Of a stretch of DNA of 31,467 bases, positions 1 through 7,373 are shown in pieces. The stretch covers positions 1 to 31,467 of the forward strand of contig CAZBFY010000001.1 of NCBI GenBank assembly GCA_964491445.1, written 5' to 3'. Every line of letters begins with the position of its first letter. Within the stretch, counting starts at the first letter, position 1. This stretch comes from an uncultured Mycoplasma sp. Its GTDB lineage: Bacteria > Bacillota_I > Bacilli_A > RF39 > UBA660. Under the pieces are notes generated by a model that was not told the DNA's origin, made no database searches, and saw only the letters and a program-made list of their open reading frames with translations. Both the position numbers and the translations under genes were made by a program.

Positions 1-1
1 A

Positions 2-181
2 GAAGCTAAACAGGCTGGAATAAAAGATGGTATAAACATAGGAAAAGAAGCTGGAGTTAAAGCTGGAAGAGCAGAAGAAAAACTAGAAACAGCAAAAAAT
101 ATGTTAAAAGATAATGTAAGTATAGATAATATTTCTAAGTACACAGGACTTACAAAAGAAGAAATAGAAAACCTAAAATAG
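2..181 (+). CDS. C-terminal end of Rpn-family (PD-(D/E)XK, recombination-promoting nuclease/putative transposase) protein, partial at window edge
   Basis: Frame 2 reads [59 protein letters not shown]. The G-xxx-G repeats followed by IAKNML...ISKYTGL..EEI are the typical Rpn/PDDEXK_2 tail. Hairpin ctactt-gaaa-aagtag follows at 182-197. Confidence 0.75.
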   Translation, partial: EAKQAGIKDGINIGKEAGVKAGRAEEKLETAKNMLKDNVSIDNISKYTGLTKEEIENLK

Positions 182-424
182 CTACTTGAAAAAGTAGTTA
201 TTTTAGTATAAAGTTAAATTATAAAGAAACTAAACTAAGTGAATATTTATTAAAGAATGAAGAAGATGGAATATTAAGTAAATCAAAAAACAGTGATTAG
301 ATTCGCTATTTTAGTCATGTAATAATTTAATTTTAGCTGTGAATAGTAATACAATTTTTTAAAAACAGTTTAATAGCTCTTTTTTTTTGTTTTTATTTTT
401 GATATACTTTAAGTGGTGATTAAA

Positions 425-1573
425 GTGAGAAAGAAAAAAGAAATAGATATTGAAAATCTAAATAGTGTTATTGTTTTGAGTAAGAGGATACTTAAGGTTT
501 TGTTTTTTGTTGTTATTTTAGCTTGTATTTTACTTGCTATACTTATATTTGATAAGTTTAATTTATGGAAGACTATTTTAAATGTTTTAGCAGTTGCTGC
601 TCCTTTGTTTATTGGGTTTGTTATAGCATGGCTTTTGAATCCTGCGGTTACTTATTTGAATAAAAAGGGTGTTAAGAGGGGTCTTGGTTCTGCATTTGTT
701 TTTGTTATGTTTTTGATACTTTTATTTTTGGTTATAAAGTTTATGCTTCCTATGTTATATAAACAAATAAATGATTTTTTAGATATAATACCTTCGCTTG
801 TTTTGCAATCTACTAATTTTATTCATGAGAGTTTTGTGAAACTTAATTCTACTGGTTTTGATTTTACTAATATTGAGACTAAGATATATGATACTTTAGA
901 GTCTTTTGGAGGTGATTTAACTACTAAGCTTCCTGGTATGTTAATTGGTGGTGTTAGTAGTGTTATATCTAGTATTTGGTCTGTTCTTTTAGGTTTTATA
1001 GTTGGTTTTTATTTGTTAATTGATTTTGATGGTATGAAAAAGATATTTGGTTTTATACCTAAGAAATATAAGAATACTGCTAGAAAGGTGTTTCATGATT
1101 TAGATGAGACTTGTAAAGATTTTGTTCAAGGGACTTTATTAATTTCTTGTATAGTGTTTGTTATAACTAGTATTTTGTTTGCTATTATTGGTCTTCCATC
1201 TCCAATGTTATTTGGTCTTATTTGTGGTATTACTAATATAATTCCTTATATTGGACCTTGGGTAGGTGGTGCGATAGCTGCTATTGTAGGGTTTACAGTA
1301 TCTCCACTTGTTGGAATACTTGCTATAGTAATTTGTTTTGTATCTCAACAAATAGATGGTATAATACTTCAACCAATTATAATGGGTAAGACTATGAAGT
1401 TACATCCTGTTACTATAATGATAGGTTTATTAGTATTTGGTTATTTATTTGGAATAATTGGTATGATAATAGCGACTCCTACTATAGCATGTATAAAGGT
1501 AATACTTACTTATTTAGAGAAAAAGTATAGAATAAAAGATAGGATAGTTAATAGTGAATTAAAAGGAGAATAG
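425..1573 (+). CDS. AI-2E family transporter (PerM/UPF0118 permease)
   Basis: Multi-TM protein with family motifs NIIPYIGP and QQIDGIILQPIIMGKTMKLHP. Start moved from 413 to GTG 425 because GGTGA-N5-GTG matches the RBS spacing used elsewhere in the window. Confidence 0.9.
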   Translation: MRKKKEIDIENLNSVIVLSKRILKVLFFVVILACILLAILIFDKFNLWKTILNVLAVAAPLFIGFVIAWLLNPAVTYLNKKGVKRGLGSAFVFVMFLILLFLVIKFMLPMLYKQINDFLDIIPSLVLQSTNFIHESFVKLNSTGFDFTNIETKIYDTLESFGGDLTTKLPGMLIGGVSSVISSIWSVLLGFIVGFYLLIDFDGMKKIFGFIPKKYKNTARKVFHDLDETCKDFVQGTLLISCIVFVITSILFAIIGLPSPMLFGLICGITNIIPYIGPWVGGAIAAIVGFTVSPLVGILAIVICFVSQQIDGIILQPIIMGKTMKLHPVTIMIGLLVFGYLFGIIGMIIATPTIACIKVILTYLEKKYRIKDRIVNSELKGE

Positions 1574-1576
1574 TTT

Positions 1577-2122
1577 ATGCAAATAATATTAATTGGTGGA
1601 AAAGCTAGAAGTGGTAAAGATACAATAGCAGATATTATGATAAATGAATTAAAAGAGCAAGATAAGAAAGTAGCAAGACTTCAAGTAGGTCAATATATAA
1701 AGTATTATGCGACTAAATATTTTGGTTGGGATGGTAGTGAAGAGTCTAAGCCTAGAGATTTATTAAATAAGCTTGGAACAGATATAATAAGAAATAAGAT
1801 AGATCCTGATTTTCATATAGATAGGTTAATTCAAGATATAAAAGTTCTTTCTTATTTTTATGATATTTTTGTTATATCAGATATTCGTTTTCCAGTTGAA
1901 ATAGAGAAGACTTGTGATAGTTTTGATAATGTAATTACTATTAAGATGAAAAGAGAAAGTGATGAGTTAAATGATGTTCAAAAGAAGCATGTTTCTGAGA
2001 CTATTTTAGATAATTATGATGGTTTTGATTATGTTATAGATAATAATGGTACTCTTGATGAATTAGAGGAAAAGGCTAAGGGTATATTAACAGAGATAGG
2101 TGATTTGGATGAAAGAGTTTAA
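1577..2122 (+). CDS. P-loop nucleotide kinase, deoxynucleoside-monophosphate-kinase-like (phage dNMP kinase / PMVK fold)
   Basis: GGKARSGKDT Walker A; R-x-LL-x-x-LGTD-x-x-R, ISDIRF and HxSE...FDYVIDNNGTL motifs. Confidence 0.65.
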   Translation: MQIILIGGKARSGKDTIADIMINELKEQDKKVARLQVGQYIKYYATKYFGWDGSEESKPRDLLNKLGTDIIRNKIDPDFHIDRLIQDIKVLSYFYDIFVISDIRFPVEIEKTCDSFDNVITIKMKRESDELNDVQKKHVSETILDNYDGFDYVIDNNGTLDELEEKAKGILTEIGDLDERV

Positions 2123-3851
2123 AGCAAATGAATTGAAAAGGGAGTATATTGAGTTTTTTAAGACTAAGGGGCATACTGAAATAGAGAGTGCTTCTTTAAT
2201 ACCTGAGGATAATTCTTCTGTATTATTTACAATAGCAGGTATGCAACCTTTAATACCTTATCTTTTGGGTAAGCATCATTCTAGTGGGTCTAGGCTTGTT
2301 GATAGTCAAAAGTGTATAAGAACAAAAGATATAGATGAAATAGGGGATAATTCTCATTTAACTTTTTTTGAGATGTTAGGTAATTGGAGTCTTGGGGATT
2401 ATTTTAAAGAAGAGTCTATTGAGTATAGTTATGAGTTTTTGACTAAGCATTTAATGATACCTAATTCTAAGCTTGCAGTAACTGTATTTAAGGGTGATGA
2501 TAAGGTTGCTAAAGATGTAGTAAGTGCTAGTAAATGGGAAGAGCTTGGTATTTTAAAAGATAATATATTTTATTTAGGAAAAGAAGATAATTGGTGGTGT
2601 GCTGGAGAAGAGGGTCCATGTGGTCCTGATACTGAAATATTTTATATATTTGATAAAGAAAAGTGTTCTGATAATTGTTCTCCTGCTTGTAGTTGTGGGC
2701 GTTATATGGAGATTTGGAATAATGTTTTTATGGAATATAATAAAGTAAAAGATGATTTGATTCCTCTTAGTCAAAAGAATGTAGATACTGGTATGGGTCT
2801 TGAGAGAATTATTACTGTTTCACAAAGAAAAGATAGTGTTTATGATACTGATGTTTTTGAAAATACTATGAAAAAGATTAATGAACTTTCTAAAGTAGAT
2901 AATCTTGAGAGTAAAAGAATAGTAGCAGATCATTTAAGGGCAGCTTCGATGATAATAAATGATGGTGGTTTGCCTAGTAATGTTAATGAGGGTTATATTT
3001 TAAGGAGATTAATAAGAAGAAGTATTAGGCATATGAGAAAGTTAAAGATAGATACTAGTTTAATTAATGATATAGTATTGTCAGTACTTCTTGATTTGAA
3101 TGAACAAATTGGTAATTTAGATGATAAAAAAATAATTTCTGTCATAAATGAAGAAGCAAATAAATTTTTAAAGACTATTGCAAAAGGTTTTAAAAGAATA
3201 ATGGAAGAGATAGAGAAACGTGGTAGTTTAATACCAGGGGAAATAGCTTTTAGGCTTTATGATACTTATGGGTTTCCTCCAGAACTTACTGATGAGATAG
3301 CTAGGGAACATGGTTTAAGTGTTGATATGGATGGTTTTAATAAATTATTTAAAGAACATCAAGAAAAGAGTAGACAGGGTGCGGAGATTAAGTTTAAAGG
3401 TGGTTTAAAGAAAAATGGTGAGATGGAAACTAAGTATCATACTGCTACTCATTTATTAAATAGGGCTTTAAAGGATGTTTTAGGATCTCATGTTCATCAA
3501 AAGGGATCAAATATAACAGAAGAAAGATTAAGATTTGATTTTTCTCATCCTGAGAAGGTTTCAAAAGAAGATTTACAAAAAGTAGAAGATATAGTAAACG
3601 AAAAAATACAAGAAGATTTAAAAGTAACATATGAGGTTATGAGTAAAGAAGATGCTATAAAAACAGGAGCAGAAGCTATGTTTATAGATAGGTATGATGA
3701 TGAAGTTAAAGTATATTCTATAGGAAATTATTCTAAAGAGATATGTGGTGGACCACATGTTAATAGTACTAAGAGTTTAGGACATTTTAAGATTAAAAAA
3801 GAAGAGTCTTCATCAAGTGGTGTAAGAAGAATAAAAGCAATACTTGAATAA
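2109..3851 (+). CDS. alaS: Alanine--tRNA ligase, short form lacking C-Ala domain
   Basis: Motifs SVLFTIAGMQP, HLTFFEMLGNWS, DTGMGLER, ADHLR, LYDTYGFP, editing-domain HTATHLL and CGGPH; ends at GVRRIKAILE. Start ATG 2109 after GGTGA. Confidence 0.97.
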   Translation: MKEFKANELKREYIEFFKTKGHTEIESASLIPEDNSSVLFTIAGMQPLIPYLLGKHHSSGSRLVDSQKCIRTKDIDEIGDNSHLTFFEMLGNWSLGDYFKEESIEYSYEFLTKHLMIPNSKLAVTVFKGDDKVAKDVVSASKWEELGILKDNIFYLGKEDNWWCAGEEGPCGPDTEIFYIFDKEKCSDNCSPACSCGRYMEIWNNVFMEYNKVKDDLIPLSQKNVDTGMGLERIITVSQRKDSVYDTDVFENTMKKINELSKVDNLESKRIVADHLRAASMIINDGGLPSNVNEGYILRRLIRRSIRHMRKLKIDTSLINDIVLSVLLDLNEQIGNLDDKKIISVINEEANKFLKTIAKGFKRIMEEIEKRGSLIPGEIAFRLYDTYGFPPELTDEIAREHGLSVDMDGFNKLFKEHQEKSRQGAEIKFKGGLKKNGEMETKYHTATHLLNRALKDVLGSHVHQKGSNITEERLRFDFSHPEKVSKEDLQKVEDIVNEKIQEDLKVTYEVMSKEDAIKTGAEAMFIDRYDDEVKVYSIGNYSKEICGGPHVNSTKSLGHFKIKKEESSSSGVRRIKAILE

Positions 3852-3908
3852 AGCTCTTTCTTTTATAAAATTTGTGTGTTAGAATATATTTATAGTAGGT
3901 GGTGTAAT

Positions 3909-4439
3909 ATGAAAAGTAAAACCTCTGGAAAAAAAGATATTCCTTTTAAGAATTATATTGTGTTAGGAGTTATTATAATAGTGACTTTGCTTGTATCATT
4001 ATATATTTTCTCATGGTATAGACAGTATAATGATAATAAGATTTCAAAGCCAATAATAACTGAAACTTTAAGAGAAGTAGAGTATGATAATTTACCTAAT
4101 GTATTACAAGAGAGAGATGTTTTAGTTATGTATATGTGTACTACTAATGAGGATATATGTAGAAAGTTTGAGAAGAAGTTTTCTGAGTATATAAAAGATA
4201 ATAATTTAACTGATGAGATTATATATTTAAATTTAGGGTATGTAAGTGATGAAAATAGTCTTTTAGATAAGGTTTATTTGAATTATAAAAGTGATGATTT
4301 AGTGAAGAAAGTTTATACTTATCCAACTCTTTTAATATTTAATCAAGGTAAAATAGTAGATGTTTTAAGTTCTAGTAGTAAGAATAAAGTTGATATAAAG
4401 CAAGTTGATGAGTTTTTAGAGGGTTATGAGTTATGGTAA
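3909..4439 (+). CDS. Membrane-anchored thioredoxin-fold protein (DUF6568 / bacteriocin-transport-accessory-like)
   Basis: Single N-terminal TM helix, C-x6-C at the CxxC position (MCTTNEDIC) and cis-Pro-type YPTLLIFNQGKIVD motif. Start ATG 3909 preferred to the ORF-track start 3876. Confidence 0.55.
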   Translation: MKSKTSGKKDIPFKNYIVLGVIIIVTLLVSLYIFSWYRQYNDNKISKPIITETLREVEYDNLPNVLQERDVLVMYMCTTNEDICRKFEKKFSEYIKDNNLTDEIIYLNLGYVSDENSLLDKVYLNYKSDDLVKKVYTYPTLLIFNQGKIVDVLSSSSKNKVDIKQVDEFLEGYELW

Positions 4440-4948
4440 ATATAGTACTTTATGAACCAGAAATACCACAGAATACTGGTAATATAATGAGGACATGTGT
4501 TGCTACTAATACTATGCTTCATTTAATAAAGCCTTTAGGTTTTTCTTTAGATGAGAAAAGTATAAAAAGAAGTGGTGCTAATTATATAGATAAGTTAAAT
4601 TATAAGGTCTATGAAGATTATGATCATTTTAAAAGAGAGAATAAAGGAACTTATTATTATTTTACTAGATATGGTAAGAAGCCACATAGTGATTTTGATT
4701 ATAGTAATAAAGAGGATAATATATATTTAATTTTTGGTAGAGAATCTAGTGGTATTGATAAGAAAATATTAAAGGGTAATTTAGATACTTGTATTAGGAT
4801 ACCTATGTCAGAGGATGTAAGAAGTCTTAATTTATCTAACTGTGTTGCTATAGTTTTATATGAAGTTTTAAGACAACAAGATTATAATGATTTGTTAAGA
4901 TATGAGCCTCATAAGGGTAAAGATTTTTTAGAAGAGTTAGATATATGA
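4433..4948 (+). CDS. trmL: tRNA (cytidine(34)-2'-O)-methyltransferase, SPOUT family
   Basis: LYEPEIPQNTGNIMRTC, LIFGRESSG and RSLNLSN motifs. Confidence 0.95.
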   Translation: MVNIVLYEPEIPQNTGNIMRTCVATNTMLHLIKPLGFSLDEKSIKRSGANYIDKLNYKVYEDYDHFKRENKGTYYYFTRYGKKPHSDFDYSNKEDNIYLIFGRESSGIDKKILKGNLDTCIRIPMSEDVRSLNLSNCVAIVLYEVLRQQDYNDLLRYEPHKGKDFLEELDI

Positions 4949-5032
4949 TTAGTTTTTGTAAAAGAAAAAGTAGTATTAATGATTTGTAAGAATAGATGAA
5001 GTTTGATATACCGAAATTCAAAATAAAAAGAA

Positions 5033-5061
5033 TTGACATTTTGTAAGATTTATAGTAAAAT
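5033..5061 (+). promoter_or_regulatory. Sigma-A promoter P1 of putative antisense sRNA
   Basis: TTGACA (5033-5038), 17 bp, TAAAAT (5056-5061); no + strand ORF downstream. Confidence 0.75.
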
Positions 5062-5084
5062 ACAGAAACAACGAAAAAAAAGCC

Positions 5085-5113
5085 TTGAATTATGCTTCTT
5101 AAGTTGTTATAAT
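5085..5113 (+). promoter_or_regulatory. Sigma-A promoter P2 (extended -10) of putative antisense sRNA
   Basis: TTGAAT (5085-5090), 17 bp, TATAAT (5108-5113) preceded by TG-n. Confidence 0.75.
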
Positions 5114-5119
5114 TTATTT

Positions 5120-5290
5120 AGAGAAGTTTGTTTTTCTCGTAAGTTCCAATAAGTATATTTAAATAAATATTTGAATATACTAAAAAAAGAGATATGCTAA
5201 TTTGCCAGTTAGTACTTATCTCTGTTCTCTGTAATTAATTTTTTGTGATTAGAAAAGTACCACTCGTGTTGAGTTGGTACTTTTCTTAGT
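5120..5290 (+). ncRNA. Putative antisense antitoxin sRNA (type I TA-like)
   Basis: Strong promoters upstream, no ORF, ends at hairpin 5251-5286, overlaps the 3' ~100 nt of the convergent peptide mRNA. Ends are inferred. Confidence 0.5.
5251..5286. terminator. Strong, potentially bidirectional hairpin
   Basis: agaaaagtacca-ctcgtgttgagt-tggtacttttct: 12-bp perfect outer stem plus ctc/gag inner pairs. Confidence 0.8.
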
Positions 5291-5354
5291 TCTTTTGTTT
5301 TGTTGCTAGTATAAGCAAAAGAATAACTACGCAAAACGCAATTAATTCGTGCAT
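5286..5354 (-). CDS. Small hydrophobic peptide, candidate type I toxin (22 aa)
   Basis: MHELIAFCVVILLLILATKQKN*: one TM helix plus basic tail. GGAGGTGA RBS upstream; stop codon abuts the hairpin. Start is uncertain (see findings). Confidence 0.55.
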   Translation of the reverse strand: MHELIAFCVVILLLILATKQKN

Positions 5355-5463
5355 TATATTTGTCTTTCCACATTGAACATCACCTCCGTTCTTATTAAAT
5401 TTTAAAAAAACTTGAACAGAGGAAGTACCAACAATTAGCATATCTCTGAAATTAGTATTAGCA

Positions 5464-5492
5464 AAATAATAATATTTAGTCAATAAATTAAA
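5464..5492 (-). promoter_or_regulatory. Putative promoter of the fold-back peptide mRNA
   Basis: Minus strand TTGACT-17 bp-TAATAC (imperfect -10), placing the start site at about 5447, the first base of the inverted repeat. Confidence 0.5.
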
Positions 5493-5668
5493 AAGAAGAT
5501 AGTGTAAAAAAAGTGTTTGAAAATTGTAAAAAAATAACTAATAACATTGAGGTTTATGTGTTTTTTATGTATATAATTCAAAATATTACATATAATGTTG
5601 TTACAAATATATTGTACTTAACAAATAAACGAATATATAGTATTATTACTAGTGAGAAGTGATGTTTT

Positions 5669-5961
5669 ATGAATAGTATATCTAATACAACTAATATGAC
5701 TATCAGAATAGATAAAGATTTAAAAAAAGTGTTGATAGTTTATTTAAAAAATTAGGAACTAATACTAATTCTGCTATTAATATGTTTTTAAGACAATGTG
5801 ATAGAGAACAAGGGTTAGCTTTTAAACCTACAATGGCACCTGCACCAAATAAAGAGTTAATAACATCTTTACAAGAAATAGAAGACTATAAAAATGGTAA
5901 AGTAGAGTTAGAAAGTTACGAAGACGTTAAGGAGTTAAGAAAGGCTTTAATAGATTATTAA
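5669..5961 (+). pseudogene. RelB/DinJ-family antitoxin, frameshifted (copy 1)
   Basis: MNSISNTTNMTIRIDKDLKK then frameshift in A7 (5722-5728); adding one A gives SVDSLFKKLGTNTNSAINMFLRQCDREQGLAF...ALIDY*. Confidence 0.85.
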
Positions 5962-6246
5962 CGAAAAATGTATTTTAATTTTATCTAGTAATTTTAAAAA
6001 ATAATATAAAAAAGTATCAAAGCAAGGTAAAGACTTAGATAAAATAGATTATGTAATTGATAAATTGGCAAAACGTGAAGAATTAGAGGAAAAATATAAA
6101 GATCATAAATTAATAAACGATAAGTATTATGTAAATTGTATAGAGTGTCATATAGAGCCAGACTGCTATTAGTTTATCAATATGAAGATAATAAACTTAA
6201 TCTTTTATTAGTAGCAACGGGTAGTCATAGTGAAATTTTTAAATAA
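5954..6246 (+). pseudogene. YafQ/RelE-family mRNA interferase, inactivated (copy 1)
   Basis: No ATG at the expected overlap; in-frame TAA at 6002-6004; 1-nt deletion in the PDW codon (gac-tg-cta, ~6205); remnants KDHKL, ECHIEPD, ATGSHSEIF. Confidence 0.85.
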
Positions 6247-6272
6247 TAGGGAAATATGAACCTATTATTTTT
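6245..6272 (+). terminator. Intrinsic terminator of TA copy 1
   Basis: aatagg-gaaatatgaa-cctatt followed by T-rich tract; homologous to the terminators after copies 2 and 3. Confidence 0.6.
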
Positions 6273-6502
6273 ATGTACTGTACATGACATATAACTAGGT
6301 TGTGAAAGTCCACTAATGGAAAGTAGTTAAACATAGAATAAAATGTTAAATTAAGCTTGGAATAAATAAGGATACAGCAAGTGCTTAGAAGGAATTATTG
6401 ATGTGTTAGTAAATCTATACTTCAAATGAGATATTACAACAAAAAGGGTTAGACCATTACTTAAAAGTATATACGTGGTGGTGTGAGAGAGACAAATTAA
6501 AA

Positions 6503-6529
6503 TAGAGAAAATCTAATTAATTTTCTCTA
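6503..6529. terminator. Hairpin terminator downstream of SPFH gene
   Basis: tagagaaaat-ctaatta-attttctcta perfect 10-bp stem. Confidence 0.65.
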
Positions 6530-6560
6530 CTTAATATATTATTTTTTAATTATTCTTTAA

Positions 6561-7322
6561 TTATTTTTTTATGTCGATGTTACTTTTTTCAATAGCTCTT
6601 AAAACTTCAATAGGAAGAGCAAATACAATAGTATTAGACTGATCTGATGAAATATCATTAATAGTAGATAATGTTCTTAAATGAAGTGCACCATTTGCAT
6701 TTGCCATAGTTTCAGCAGCCTTTGCTAGGTTTTTAGAAGCTTCAACTTCTCCGATAGATTTAGTAATAACAGCTTGTTTTTCTCTTTCAGCCTCTGCCAC
6801 TTTTGCTATAACTCTTTTCATTTCAACTGGTAGAGAAACATCTTTTAATTCAACGTTTTCTACTTTTATTCCCCATGGGTCAGTAGCTTTATCAATGATA
6901 TTACATATTTCTAAAGATAGTTTATCTCTTTCGCTTAATAGTTCATCTAGTGATACTGAACCTACAACATTTCTCATGGTAGTTTGAGCAAGTTGAGATA
7001 CTGCATAAAAGAAATTTTCAACTTCTAAAACACTTTTTGATGCATCAAATACTTTATAATATATAACAGCATTAATTTTTACAGAAACATTATCTTTTGT
7101 AATAGCTTCTTGTTCAGGAACATCTACTGCTTTAGTTCTAATGTCAACTTTCTTATAAGACTGAAATACAGGAATAACAATTCTCCATCCAGGTTCCATT
7201 ATTTTAGTGAATTTACCTAGGCTAAATTTAATACCTCTTTCATATTGATTAATTTGTTTAATTGACGCTAGTAAAACTAGTATTACTACTACTACAACAA
7301 GTATAAATAAGCTCATATACAT
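6561..7322 (-). CDS. SPFH/band 7 stomatin-like (slipin) protein
   Basis: N-terminal hydrophobic anchor; QYERG, ITKDNVSV, AQTTMRNVVG, TDPWGIKVENVELKD, AEAEREK motifs; AAGGAGG RBS. Confidence 0.95.
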   Translation of the reverse strand: MYMSLFILVVVVVILVLLASIKQINQYERGIKFSLGKFTKIMEPGWRIVIPVFQSYKKVDIRTKAVDVPEQEAITKDNVSVKINAVIYYKVFDASKSVLEVENFFYAVSQLAQTTMRNVVGSVSLDELLSERDKLSLEICNIIDKATDPWGIKVENVELKDVSLPVEMKRVIAKVAEAEREKQAVITKSIGEVEASKNLAKAAETMANANGALHLRTLSTINDISSDQSNTIVFALPIEVLRAIEKSNIDIKK

Positions 7323-7373
7323 ACCTCCTTTACTTGAATTATATCATTAATGAGTAAAAATAAAAACAATAAT

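Larger units (their letters stand above)
5188..5447 (-). repeat. Long imperfect terminal inverted repeat (5188-5227 vs 5414-5447) bracketing a small peptide ORF
   Basis: agagatatgctaatt (5188-5202) is the exact reverse complement of 5433-5447. gtactt (5212-5217) pairs with aagtac (5423-5428) and ctctgttc (5220-5227) with gaacagag (5414-5421). On the minus strand the 3' arm is followed by T7. Confidence 0.9.

Noticed and set aside
182-424. T-box riboswitch for alaS operon
   Set aside because: No T-box consensus (AAGGTGGTACCGCG-like) or specifier stem visible.
2574-2774. 66-aa minus-strand ORF
   Set aside because: Antisense shadow inside alaS; no RBS or motif.
3445-3630. 61-aa minus-strand ORF
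   Set aside because: Antisense shadow inside alaS.
4848-5039. 63-aa minus-strand ORF
   Set aside because: Mostly antisense to trmL; Leu/Ile/Phe richness reflects AT-rich antisense codons.
5188-5447. MITE interpretation of the terminal inverted repeat
   Set aside because: No target-site duplication seen; promoter-aligned 5' end, U-tract at the 3' end, internal RBS/peptide and antisense promoters fit an RNA structure better. Not fully excluded.
5286-5483. Full 65-aa version of the peptide ORF
   Set aside because: Its start lies upstream of the inferred transcript start, and the frame runs through the RBS and 5' stem; only the last 22 codons look coding.
6273-6500. Unexplained segment after TA copy 1 (possible ncRNA or gene remnant, contains gtgaaagtcc)
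   Set aside because: Stops in all frames examined, no convincing fold or family motif; similarity to 12040-12075 is too faint.
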